A stretch of DNA of 64,000 bases from Candidatus Eiseniibacteriota bacterium (GTDB lineage Bacteria; Eisenbacteria; RBG-16-71-46; CAVPCR01). Of this stretch, positions 9,290-17,896 are shown one piece after another. A program made the translations under genes and the position numbers. Each line of letters opens with the position of its first letter. Position 1 is the stretch's first letter. The notes under the pieces were generated by a model. The model was given only the letters and a program-made list of their open reading frames with translations. It made no database searches and was not told the origin of the DNA. The DNA lies in contig CAVPCR010000002.1 in NCBI GenBank assembly GCA_963702435.1, forward strand, positions 644,261 through 708,260, written 5' to 3'.

Positions 9290-9780
9290 CGGGGCGCGGC
9301 CGAGTCTTCCGCGGTCCACCTTGCCGAGATGCGTGCGCGGCAAGCGTGGCGACGATGTGGAGCGCGCGGGGGCGCTTGTGGGCCGGGAGCCGCTCGGCGA
9401 CAAATCCCATCAACTCATCCACAAGGGCAGTTGCGCTCCTCCTTGAGGACGACATGGGCGATCGGCATGACAAGCCCGTCGGATCGGGGACGCCGACAAC
9501 GGCCGCCTCGGCGACGCCGGGGTGCTCGAGCAAACACCCTTCGACTTCCTGCGGCGCGAGCCGCCGGCCGCCCACCTTGAGCATCTCGTCGCCGCGCCCG
9601 TGATAGGTGACGAGGCCGTCGACGTCGATCGCGACGAGATCGCCCGCGCTCCGCCGCGCACGCGGAGCCACCCGATCTCGCTGGAGGGAACCGGGAGCCC
9701 CTCCTCGTCGCACGCCTTGATCTCGAAGCCGGGGAAGGCCGTGCCGAGCGTGCCGGAACGCACGCGCCGCTCACGAACCG
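9290..9780 (-). pseudogene. C-terminal remnant of an aryl(benzoate)-CoA ligase-like AMP-binding enzyme
   Basis: Pieces in several frames: SGTLGTAFPGFEIK..., GDLVAIDVDGLVTYHGRGDEMLKVGG...EVEGCLLEHPGVAEAAVVG, ...RLPAHKRPR...GKVDR. Boundaries approximate. Confidence 0.7.
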
Positions 9781-9789
9781 GGGCGTGAC

Positions 9790-10140
9790 GAACACGGGGC
9801 TCGCTCGAGAACCGCATGCGCTTACCGCTCAAGATGTTGGCGGCGGTGTCCACCAGGTGGCCGGTCGAGCGCCCGATGTCAGTGCGCATCTCGGCCGTTG
9901 ACTGGCATCCGGAGGGGAATCAGCCCGCGGTCGCGATCGCGCGGCTCTTGAAGGCCGCGGGCTGCGATGTGATCGACGTCTCGGCGGGGCAGACCATGCC
10001 GGAGCAGAAGCCCGTCTACGGGCGGCTCTTCCAGACGCCCTTCGCCCACCGCATCCGGCACGAGGTGGGCATCGCGACCATGGCAGTCGGCGCCATCTCC
10101 TCCTACGCCGACGCCGACACGATCGTCGCCGCCCGCCTGA
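9790..10140 (+). pseudogene. Remnant of an NADH:flavin oxidoreductase domain (salicylyl/anthraniloyl-CoA monooxygenase C-terminal type)
   Basis: [11 protein letters not shown]...[11 protein letters not shown]...[10 protein letters not shown]...[30 protein letters not shown]; both N-terminus and C-terminus are missing. Confidence 0.7.
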
Positions 10141-10188
10141 CGCCCGGCCGGCCCCCGCGCGGCTTTGGAGCAGGCCCGAAAAGCGGTC

Positions 10189-10222
10189 TTGACCCGGAAG
10201 AGTTATGCGCATATGTTCATTA
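10189..10222 (+). promoter_or_regulatory. Sigma70-like promoter overlapped by an imperfect palindrome (putative operator)
   Basis: TTGACC(10189)-N17-TATGTT(10212); TTATGCGCAT|ATGTTCATTA (10203-10222) pairs at 7/10 positions; GAGGAGG RBS follows. Confidence 0.55.
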
Positions 10223-10238
10223 CTGAGGAGGGCAGCCG

Positions 10239-10661
10239 ATGCCGCGCCCGCACAAGTGCCGCCGCATCGCCGCCGGGCCCCCGGTGAGCGCGTTCAAGCC
10301 GGCCGGGGTGCCGGGGCACGAGCTGGGAGCGATCGTGCTCGGGCTCGACGAGCTCGAGGCGCTCCGCCTGGCCGATCTGGAAGGGCTCTATCACGACCCC
10401 GCGGCGGCGCGCATGGGCATCTCGCGCGCCACCTTCGGCCGCCTCCTCGACACGGCGCGGCGGAAGGTCGCCGCCGCCCTCTTCGGACCCAAGATGCTCC
10501 TCTTTCAGGGCGGCCCGGTCATCAGGTCGGGCGCCCGCCTCTTCTGGTGCGATGACTGCACGGCCACCTTCGAACGTCCGTTCGGCACGGGTCGGCCCGC
10601 CGGTTGCGCACATTGCCAGGGACGGCGCTTCCATCGCGTCGCCCGGGAGAAATCTCCATGA
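10239..10661 (+). CDS. DUF134 domain putative DNA-binding protein with C-terminal CxxC...CxxC ribbon
   Basis: MPRP.KCRRI...FKPAG...DELEALRLADLEGLYHDPAAARMGISRATF. Confidence 0.88.
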   Translation: MPRPHKCRRIAAGPPVSAFKPAGVPGHELGAIVLGLDELEALRLADLEGLYHDPAAARMGISRATFGRLLDTARRKVAAALFGPKMLLFQGGPVIRSGARLFWCDDCTATFERPFGTGRPAGCAHCQGRRFHRVAREKSP

Positions 10662-11050
10662 GAATCGCCATTGCCAGCGATGACGGCGAACGGATCGCCG
10701 CCCATGCCGGCCGCTGCCGCTCCATCCTCGTCTTCGCCGTCGAGGGAGACGAGGTCCGCCGCATCGAGGAACGGCCCAATACCTACACGGCCCACGCGCG
10801 CGGCGAGTGCGACGGGACGCAGCACGGGGGGCAGGAGGGCCACCATGGCCATGGCCCTCTGACCGCCGCGCTCGCGGACTGCCAGGCGCTCATCACCCGG
10901 GGCATGGGCCCGCGCCTGATCGCCGATCTGAACGCCCGCGGCATCGAGGCCGTCGTGTCGACCATCGAGCGGGCGGACGAGGCGGCCCGGCTCTACGCCC
11001 GAGGGGCGCTGCCGCGCGCGGCAGGAACCGGCTGCGGCCGTCATTCATAG
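10658..11050 (+). CDS. NifB/NifX family (dinitrogenase Fe-Mo cofactor-binding domain) protein
   Basis: MRIAIASDDG..IAAHAGRC...HHGHG...LITRGMGPR...L.ARGIE; ATGA overlap with DUF134. Confidence 0.82.
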   Translation: MRIAIASDDGERIAAHAGRCRSILVFAVEGDEVRRIEERPNTYTAHARGECDGTQHGGQEGHHGHGPLTAALADCQALITRGMGPRLIADLNARGIEAVVSTIERADEAARLYARGALPRAAGTGCGRHS

Positions 11051-11052
11051 AC

Positions 11053-11538
11053 ATGGAACCGCCACTCGACATGCTCGCGGAGCCCGACGCGGCCGAGACC
11101 ATGGCCAGCCTGCAGGCAGCATGCCATCCCGCCTGCATCGGCTGCCGGCCGCGCCGGGAAGGCGGACTCGGGCTCCGCTTCGAACACGCGGATGGGAATG
11201 GAGTCCTCGCCCACTTCGACAGCGATCCCTCCTATCAGGGATATCCCGATCGGCTGCACGGCGGGATCATCGCCACGCTGCTCGATGCCGCGATGACGCA
11301 CAGCCTGTTCGCCAGGTGCGTGCTGGGGTACACGGTCAGGATGGAGCTCCGCTATCGCCGGCCGGTGGTCCTCGGGGTTCCGGCCACGATTTCTGCCTCC
11401 GTGGTGCACTGCCGGCCACCGTGGTTCCGAGTCCGCGCCGAGGTCATGCAGCAGGGCATGGTGTGCGCGAGCGCAGAGGCTGTATTCCGCGGCGAGCACT
11501 GGGGCGAATCCCCGGGAGGAAACGGGACGCCATCCTGA
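11053..11538 (+). CDS. PaaI-like hotdog thioesterase
   Basis: CIGC...GLGLRF...YQGYPDRLHGGIIATLLDAAM...LRYRRPV. Confidence 0.85.
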   Translation: MEPPLDMLAEPDAAETMASLQAACHPACIGCRPRREGGLGLRFEHADGNGVLAHFDSDPSYQGYPDRLHGGIIATLLDAAMTHSLFARCVLGYTVRMELRYRRPVVLGVPATISASVVHCRPPWFRVRAEVMQQGMVCASAEAVFRGEHWGESPGGNGTPS

Positions 11539-11574
11539 ACCGGGCGATGCGGCCGGGACGGAGAAGAGGAAAAC

Positions 11575-12195
11575 GTGTCCACCCCCATCCTCGTGTGGAT
11601 CATCGCGGCAGTGGCGATCTCGAACCTCGGCGCCGTGGCCGGAGCCGCCCTGATGCTCCTGTCGCCCCCGGCGTCCGGCAGCTCCTCTTCCCCTGGCTGC
11701 TGAGCTATGCGACCCGGGCCCTGCTCGCCGCCGCCTTCCTCGGCATGATCCCGGCGGCGCTCGCGCAGGCGCCGGTCGATACCGTGACCTCGGCCGTGCT
11801 GGCCGGCTTCGTCCTCTTCTTCGTGCTCGAGAAGATCGTGCTCTGGCGCCACTGCCACGCGGACGACTGCACAGTGCACACCCGCGCCGCACCGCTCATC
11901 CTGATCGGGGATGGCTTTCACAACTTCGTCGACGGCGTGGTGATCGCCGCGGCCTTCCATGCTGCCATCCCGCTCGGGATCGCCACGGCGCTGGCGGTGA
12001 TCATCCACGAGATTCCACAGGAGATGGGCGATTTCGCCATCCTGCTCGAGCTTCATCTACATCGCTGCTGCCGACTTGATTCCGGGGTTGCACCGTCAGG
12101 TGCGGCCGGCAGCCGCGGTGCGCCAGGTCCTGCTCCTCCTGGCCGGCATGGGGACCATCGCGGTCCTGCGCGCGAGCCCCTTCGTGGCGCGGTAG
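11575..12195 (+). pseudogene. ZIP family metal transporter, frameshifted (~11670) and internally deleted (~12050)
   Basis: WRHCH, GDGFHNFVDG and IIHEIPQEMGDF ZIP motifs, then a jump out of frame directly to FIYIAAADLIPGLH; the intervening helices are missing. Confidence 0.75.
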
Positions 12196-12306
12196 GCGGC
12201 GGCGCCCGGCACGGTCAAGGTCCGGCTGCAACCTCCGATAAGTCCATGGGCGCCGCAACTCCATGCACCACGGTGAGACACCGGCCGGGAGACCGGCGGA
12301 GGGTCG

Positions 12307-12639
12307 ATGAGCTATACGGTGACCGCGCACAAGGGAGCCTTCATCGTTCGCATGCTGGTCGACCGGCTGGACTCGCACAACTCCCCCGCGCTGAAGATCG
12401 AGCTCAAGCGGCTCGCCGACCGGCGGCCGACGACCGTGATCGTGGACCTCACAGGCGTGCGCTTCGTGGACCCGAACGGCCTCGCGGCGCTCCTCGCCAG
12501 CGACCAGTTCGCCACACGGTGCGGCTGCCGCGTACGCGTGGCCGGCCTCTCCCCCGACGTGCAAACGCTCTTCGCGCTCGCCCAGGTCGATCGCGTCCTC
12601 GCCATCTTCCCGACGGAACGGGAAGCGCTCGGCGAGTAG
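12307..12639 (+). CDS. STAS domain anti-sigma factor antagonist
   Basis: RLDSHNSPALK...IVDLTGVRFVDPNGLAALL...IFPTEREAL. Confidence 0.85.
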   Translation: MSYTVTAHKGAFIVRMLVDRLDSHNSPALKIELKRLADRRPTTVIVDLTGVRFVDPNGLAALLASDQFATRCGCRVRVAGLSPDVQTLFALAQVDRVLAIFPTEREALGE

Positions 12640-12797
12640 CCGCGACCGGATCCCCGCCTCTCCCCCCGCTCCCGATTCCGCTTGGCCCTTGCCGCCCCGC
12701 GTGCTACCAAGGGGGCCTCGGGGCTCCGCTCCGGAACGCCGCCCGCCGGGGTGGCGGCGCCGCCGCGGGGCCATGGTCCGGCAGAAGGGAGTGATCG

Positions 12798-13805
12798 ATG
12801 ACGAGTGGTCCATTCGACCGCGGGGGCGGACGCATCCAGCCGCCGCGGCTCCCCCAGCTCGAGGGCAGATCGCTGCGCATCGTCGCCGCGATCGCCGCCC
12901 TAGTCGTGCTCGTTGTTTCCAGCTACTTCCAGGTGGAACCCGACGAGGTCGGGGTCATCCAGCGCTTCGGCGCCTTCGTGCGCACCTCCAATCCGGGACC
13001 GCATCTCAAGATCCCGTTCGTCGAGAAGGTGACCAAGGTGCCGGTGCAGCGCCAGCTCAAGATGGAGTTCGGCTTCCGCACCGTGCAGGCCGGAGTCCGC
13101 ACCAGGTATGCGCCCGCGAGCAACGACACCGAGGGCGAGTCGCTGATGCTGACCGGGGACCTCAACGTCGCCGTCGTCGAGTGGATCGTGCAGTACCGGA
13201 TCGACGATCCGCGAGCGTTCCTGTTCCACGTGCGCGACGTGCCGGAGACCTTCCGCTACATGTCGGAGGCCGCCATGCGCCAGGTCGTGGGCGACCACTC
13301 GGTCGACGAGGTCCTCACCATCGGGCGCGAGGCGATCGCCCTGCAGGCGAAGGAGGAGCTGCAGCGGCTCTGCGAGCGCTACGGCATCGGCATCGAGGTG
13401 CAGCAGCTCGTGCTCCAGGACGTGAACCCGCCGGATCCGGTGAAGCCGGCGTTCAACGAGGTGAACCAGGCGATCCAGGAGAAGGAACGGGCCATCAACG
13501 ACGCCTGGGCCGAGTACAACAAGTCGGTGCCACTGGCCAGGGGCCAGGCGGAGCAGGCGGTGCGCGCCGCCGAGGGATACGCCATCGAGCGCGTCAACAA
13601 CGCCGAGGGCGATGCGAAGCGCTTCACCGCGCTCTACGAGGAGTATCGGAAGGCGCCCGGCGTGACGCGGGACCGGATCTACCTCGAGACCATGGGGCAG
13701 CTCCTGCCGCGGCTCGGCCGCAAGCTGATCCTCGACGAGAGCGCCCGCGGCGTCGTGCCGCTCCTCGATTTCGACGGGATCAGGAAGGAGATGAAGCAGC
13801 CATGA
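12798..13805 (+). CDS. hflK: FtsH protease modulator HflK
   Basis: SPFH domain; ESLMLTGDLN, QDVNPPDPVKPAFNEV, ARGQA, PGVTRDRIYLETM. Confidence 0.93.
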   Translation: MTSGPFDRGGGRIQPPRLPQLEGRSLRIVAAIAALVVLVVSSYFQVEPDEVGVIQRFGAFVRTSNPGPHLKIPFVEKVTKVPVQRQLKMEFGFRTVQAGVRTRYAPASNDTEGESLMLTGDLNVAVVEWIVQYRIDDPRAFLFHVRDVPETFRYMSEAAMRQVVGDHSVDEVLTIGREAIALQAKEELQRLCERYGIGIEVQQLVLQDVNPPDPVKPAFNEVNQAIQEKERAINDAWAEYNKSVPLARGQAEQAVRAAEGYAIERVNNAEGDAKRFTALYEEYRKAPGVTRDRIYLETMGQLLPRLGRKLILDESARGVVPLLDFDGIRKEMKQP

Positions 13806-14737
13806 CCCGCCCCCTGACCATGGCCGCCGCCTTCCTCGCCGCCCTGCTCCTGTTCGGCTCGGTCTACACGGTCTCCGAGACCGAGCAGGCGATCCTGACC
13901 CAGTTCGGAAAGCCGGTCGGCGGCCTCAAGACTCGCCCCGGGTTGCATCTCAAGGTGCCGCTCATCCAGGTCGTCCATCGCTTCGACAAGCGCTGGCTCG
14001 AGTTCGACGGCGACGCCAACGAGATCCCGACCAAGGACAAGAAGTACATCTGGGTGGACACCTACGCGCGCTGGCGGATCTCCGATCCGCTGCGCTTCTT
14101 CCAGGCGGTGACCGACGAGCGCGGCGGCCAGAGCCGTCTCGACGACATCGTCGACGGCGAGACGCGGAACGCCATCGCCTCCTACGACCTGCTCGAGGTC
14201 GTGCGCTCGACCAATCGGCCCTTCGAGGTCACCGAGGAGCTCTCGGGCATCGGCGCCGCCGAGGCGATGGCCGAGGTCAAGGTGGGCCGGGAGCGCATCG
14301 CCCAGATCATCCTCGAGAAGGCCGCGCGCATCACCCCGCAGTTCGGGATCGAACTCGTGGACGTGCGCTTCAAGCGGATCAACTACGTCGAGAGCGTGCA
14401 GCAGAAAGTGTACGAGCGCATGGTCTCGGAGCGCCAGCGCATCGCCGAGCGCAGCCGGTCGGAGGGTCAGGGACGCGCCGCCGAGATCCGCGGCCAGAAG
14501 GAGCGCGACATCCTGGCCGCGACCTCCGCGGGCTACAAGAGCGCCCAGGAGATCAAGGGCGAGGCCGACAGCAAGGCGACGGCGATCTACGCCGCGGCCT
14601 ATTCCCGGGACACGCAGTTCTACCAGTTCCTCAAGTCGATGGAGACGTTGAACGCGGGGCTCGACGAGGAAGCGTGGCTCATCCTGTCCACCGACTCGAA
14701 GCTGCTCAAGCACCTGAAGGGCGGCGGCGGGCCGTGA
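13802..14737 (+). CDS. hflC: FtsH protease modulator HflC
   Basis: TQFGKPVG, IPTKDKKYIWVDTYARWRISDPL, RMVSERQRIAERSRSEG; ATGA overlap with hflK. Confidence 0.93.
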   Translation: MTRPLTMAAAFLAALLLFGSVYTVSETEQAILTQFGKPVGGLKTRPGLHLKVPLIQVVHRFDKRWLEFDGDANEIPTKDKKYIWVDTYARWRISDPLRFFQAVTDERGGQSRLDDIVDGETRNAIASYDLLEVVRSTNRPFEVTEELSGIGAAEAMAEVKVGRERIAQIILEKAARITPQFGIELVDVRFKRINYVESVQQKVYERMVSERQRIAERSRSEGQGRAAEIRGQKERDILAATSAGYKSAQEIKGEADSKATAIYAAAYSRDTQFYQFLKSMETLNAGLDEEAWLILSTDSKLLKHLKGGGGP

Positions 14738-14755
14738 GCGAAGCAAGCCGGTGCG

Positions 14756-15838
14756 CTAGAGAAGGTCCGTGCGCCCGCGGCGCTCGAGCTCGAGGACGAT
14801 CTTGCGGACGTCCTGCGCCTTGTCGCGCGCGCAGACGAGAACCGCCTCGGGGGTCGAGATCACGATGAGGTCCTCGACCCCGACCAGCGCGACGAGCGGA
14901 CCGCCCGCGTGCACGACCGCGTTCCGCGTGTCGGCGAGGACGACGTCACCCGCCACCACGTTGCCGGCCGCGTCCCGCGGCCGCACGTCGTAGAGGGCGG
15001 TCCAGCTGCCGACATCGTTCCAGCCGCAGTCCACCGGCAGCATCCAGATCCGCCGCGAGCGCTCGAGCACACCGTAGTCGATCGAGATCGGCTCGATCGC
15101 GGCGTAGGCGGCGGCGAGCGCAGCCTCCGCGGCGGCGCCGCCCCGGACGAGCGCGGGGTCGGCGAGCGCGCGGGCGAGCGCCGGCAGATGGGCCGCGATC
15201 TCCTCCCGGATCACGCTCGCGCGCCAGACGAAGATGCCGGCGTTCCACGCATGGCGCCCGCCCTCGACGTAGCGCCGTGCGGTCTCGAGGTCCGGTTTCT
15301 CGCGGAAGGCCGCGACTTCGTGGCAGGTGAGTCCGGCGATGGTGGCGGCTGCCGGCCCTGACTCGATGTAGCCGTAGCCGGTCTCCGGGCGCGACGGCGT
15401 GACCCCGAGCGTGACGAGCGTCTCGTGCTCGGCGGCAGCTCGGGCCGCGGCGGAGAGCGCCGCGCGAAACGCCTCCGCATCGCCGATCGCGTGGTCGGCC
15501 GGGAAGACCGCCATCACCGCCGCAGGATCCCGCGCGAGCAGGTGCACCGCGGCGAGCCCGATGGCCGGAGCCGTGTTCCTCCCCACCGGCTCGACGAGGA
15601 TGCGGTCGGGATCGAGGAAGGCGAGCTGGCGCGCCACCTCCTCCGCCTGGTCCGCTCCGGTCACCACCCAGGTCCGCTCGGCCGGGACGAGCGGGCGGAT
15701 GCGCGCCGCCGTCTCCTGGATCATCGTACGCTCGCTCACGATCGGGAGGAGCTGCTTCGGTCGCCGGGACGTGGAGAGCGGCCAGAACCGCGTGCCGCGC
15801 CCGCCGGCCATGATCACCGCATGCAGATGGTCATTCAC
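14756..15838 (-). CDS. manC: Mannose-1-phosphate guanylyltransferase
   Basis: IMAGGRGTRFWPLS...PKQLL, EPVGRNTAPA, PETGYGYI, FREKP, SIDYGVLE, WNDVGSW. Confidence 0.93.
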   Translation of the reverse strand: MNDHLHAVIMAGGRGTRFWPLSTSRRPKQLLPIVSERTMIQETAARIRPLVPAERTWVVTGADQAEEVARQLAFLDPDRILVEPVGRNTAPAIGLAAVHLLARDPAAVMAVFPADHAIGDAEAFRAALSAAARAAAEHETLVTLGVTPSRPETGYGYIESGPAAATIAGLTCHEVAAFREKPDLETARRYVEGGRHAWNAGIFVWRASVIREEIAAHLPALARALADPALVRGGAAAEAALAAAYAAIEPISIDYGVLERSRRIWMLPVDCGWNDVGSWTALYDVRPRDAAGNVVAGDVVLADTRNAVVHAGGPLVALVGVEDLIVISTPEAVLVCARDKAQDVRKIVLELERRGRTDLL

Positions 15839-16063
15839 CTCGCGTCACCCTCACGCTGTTCGCGCCCGGACCGGGTCGAAGCTCGTCGAAGCGCGGCACC
15901 AGGTCAAGCCGGAAAGCGCCGGCGCTCGTCCTGCCCCGCGAAAAGTCCCTGCTTGACGGCCGGTCCGGCGGGCCGGAAGATCCGCCGCCGAAGGCGCCCG
16001 GCGGGCACCGGCCACCGCCGGCGTCCCCCGTCCGGAAGACCGCCGGGAAGTAAGGAGAAGGCC

Positions 16064-16804
16064 ATGAACACGAAGCAAGTTCGTCCCGGTCGCGACGCCA
16101 TCGCGCTCGTTGGGGTGGCCGGAGCCATTGCCATCATCGTCACGGCGCTCGTTCTCAGCTGCAGCTCATCGCCGCCGCCGAGCCCCGCTCCCGGACAGGC
16201 GCCGCCGCCGGCCGCCGGACAGGCGCCGCCGCCCGCCGCCGGACAGACGCCGCCCGCCGCCGGACAGACGCCGCCCGCCGGGACCGAGGGCGCGGTCACC
16301 CGCCGGCAGATGAACTATCGCTTCAACATGGACCAGCCCGCCAACGACGAATTCGCCTTCAACGATGACTTCGTCTTCATCTATGTCCGTCCCTACGACG
16401 ATTACCTGTCAATGAAGGTCCAGGCCCGCCGCCAGATCCCGATCAAGATCCGGTGGAGCGAATCGGAGTTCGTGGACGTGCTCGGACGCCGCTACGTGCT
16501 CGTGCCGCCGTCGGTGACGATGGACATGGCGGCGCGCAACATCCTTCCGCCGACCGAGCTCAGAGCCGATGACCTCTTCTCCGGCCGCGTCCTGCTCCTC
16601 GATCCGACGCAGAGGGAACAGATCCGGAGCCTCGGGGGCATGGCCTTCCCCGTCGTGCCGTACGACGCCGGTACTCCCGAGCAGGTGCGCAACAAGTCGT
16701 TCACGATGCGGCTCGTGCTCGAGATCAACGCCAGCCGCCAGCCCTACGACTTCGTCTTCAGCATCATGGACGCCTTCTACCGCGCACCGGGCGAGGAGAA
16801 CTAG
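16064..16804 (+). CDS. Putative lipoprotein with Pro/Ala/Gln-rich linker
   Basis: AAGGAG RBS; LVLSC lipobox; (GQ[AT]PP[P]AA) repeats followed by a globular domain. Confidence 0.7.
   Translation: MNTKQVRPGRDAIALVGVAGAIAIIVTALVLSCSSSPPPSPAPGQAPPPAAGQAPPPAAGQTPPAAGQTPPAGTEGAVTRRQMNYRFNMDQPANDEFAFNDDFVFIYVRPYDDYLSMKVQARRQIPIKIRWSESEFVDVLGRRYVLVPPSVTMDMAARNILPPTELRADDLFSGRVLLLDPTQREQIRSLGGMAFPVVPYDAGTPEQVRNKSFTMRLVLEINASRQPYDFVFSIMDAFYRAPGEEN
16190..16281 (+). repeat. Coding tandem repeat, 21-24 bp unit, about 4 copies
   Basis: ccggacag(g/a)cgccgcc(gcc)(g/c)gccg repeated, encoding GQAPPPAA/GQTPPAA. Confidence 0.75.
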
Positions 16805-16897
16805 CCCGCAGCGCCGGGGGCAGCCGGGAGCGCCCGGAGCGCCCGCAGCGCCGGGGGCAGCCGGGGGCCAGCGGCGGCCCGCCGCCCGCACCAGGCC

Positions 16898-17755
16898 TCA
16901 GGCGAAGTCGATCGGCCCGATCGCCGGGACGAGCCCGGCGGCGGCCGCGCGCGCCAGCAGCTCCGCGACCGCGTGCCGTCCGCGTTCGCCGAGATCGAGC
17001 GTCCACTCGTTCACGTACATGCCGACGAAGCGATCGGTGCGCGCATCGGTGAGACCGCGCCCATAGCCCGCCGCGTGGGCGAGCGCCGCGGCGCGATGCG
17101 CGAGCCCGTACTCGATCGAGGCCTTGAGCAGGACCGCGAGATCCGCCGTCACCGCGGGGCCCAGGTCACGCCGGACCGCGTTCCCGCCGAGCGGGAGCGG
17201 GAGGCCGGTCGTCTCGCCCCACCACGCGCCGAGATCCACGATGGCGTGCAATCCGTCGTCCGCGTAGGTGAGCTGTCCCTCGTGGATCAGGAGGCCGAGA
17301 TCGGCCTCGCCGGAAGCGACGGCGGCGGGGATCTCGTCGAACGGAAAGACCCGGGTGGCGAGCGGGAGGCCCGGCGCCTCGGCGCGAGCGTAGAGCCGGA
17401 GCGCGAGGACCGCGGTCGTGCGCTCGCCCGGGATCGCGATCGTGGATCCGGCGAGCGAGGTGGACGGCGCGCGGGCGACGAGGAGGGGGCCGTAGCCGTC
17501 ACCGACACTCGCCCCGCACGCAAGAAGCTGGTAGCGCCTGGCGAGATAGGGATAGGCGGCGAAGGACACCGCCGTCAGATCCACCTCGCCGGCGAGCGCG
17601 CGGCGATTCAGGGTCTCGATATCGGCGAGCTCGTGCGCGAAGTGGTACGACCCGGTCGGGATGGCGCCCATGGCCAGCGCGTAGAACATGAATGCGTCGT
17701 CCGGATCGGGGCTGTGCGCGAGCGTGATCGTGCGCTTGCCGGCGGTCGTGTGCAT
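16898..17755 (-). CDS. mqnD: 1,4-dihydroxy-6-naphthoate synthase (futalosine menaquinone pathway)
   Basis: ITLAHSPDPDDAFMFYAL, DIETLN, GDGYGP, LLIHEGQLTY, LPLPLGGN, FVGMYVN. Confidence 0.88.
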   Translation of the reverse strand: MHTTAGKRTITLAHSPDPDDAFMFYALAMGAIPTGSYHFAHELADIETLNRRALAGEVDLTAVSFAAYPYLARRYQLLACGASVGDGYGPLLVARAPSTSLAGSTIAIPGERTTAVLALRLYARAEAPGLPLATRVFPFDEIPAAVASGEADLGLLIHEGQLTYADDGLHAIVDLGAWWGETTGLPLPLGGNAVRRDLGPAVTADLAVLLKASIEYGLAHRAAALAHAAGYGRGLTDARTDRFVGMYVNEWTLDLGERGRHAVAELLARAAAAGLVPAIGPIDFA

Positions 17756-17896
17756 CGAACCTCCACGGAGACGGCCGCGCGGGCGGCGCGGAGCGCCGGC
17801 GCTCCCGGCGCGGTGTGGCCGGAATCCTACGGCACGCGCCGCGGCAAGTCCATCGCGCGCAGCGCGCGGACCGCGCTTCCGGCACTCCCCGCGCGC

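Noticed and set aside
10658..11050. Nitrogen fixation gene
   Set aside because: NifX-like domains are common outside diazotrophs, and no nifHDK is present here.
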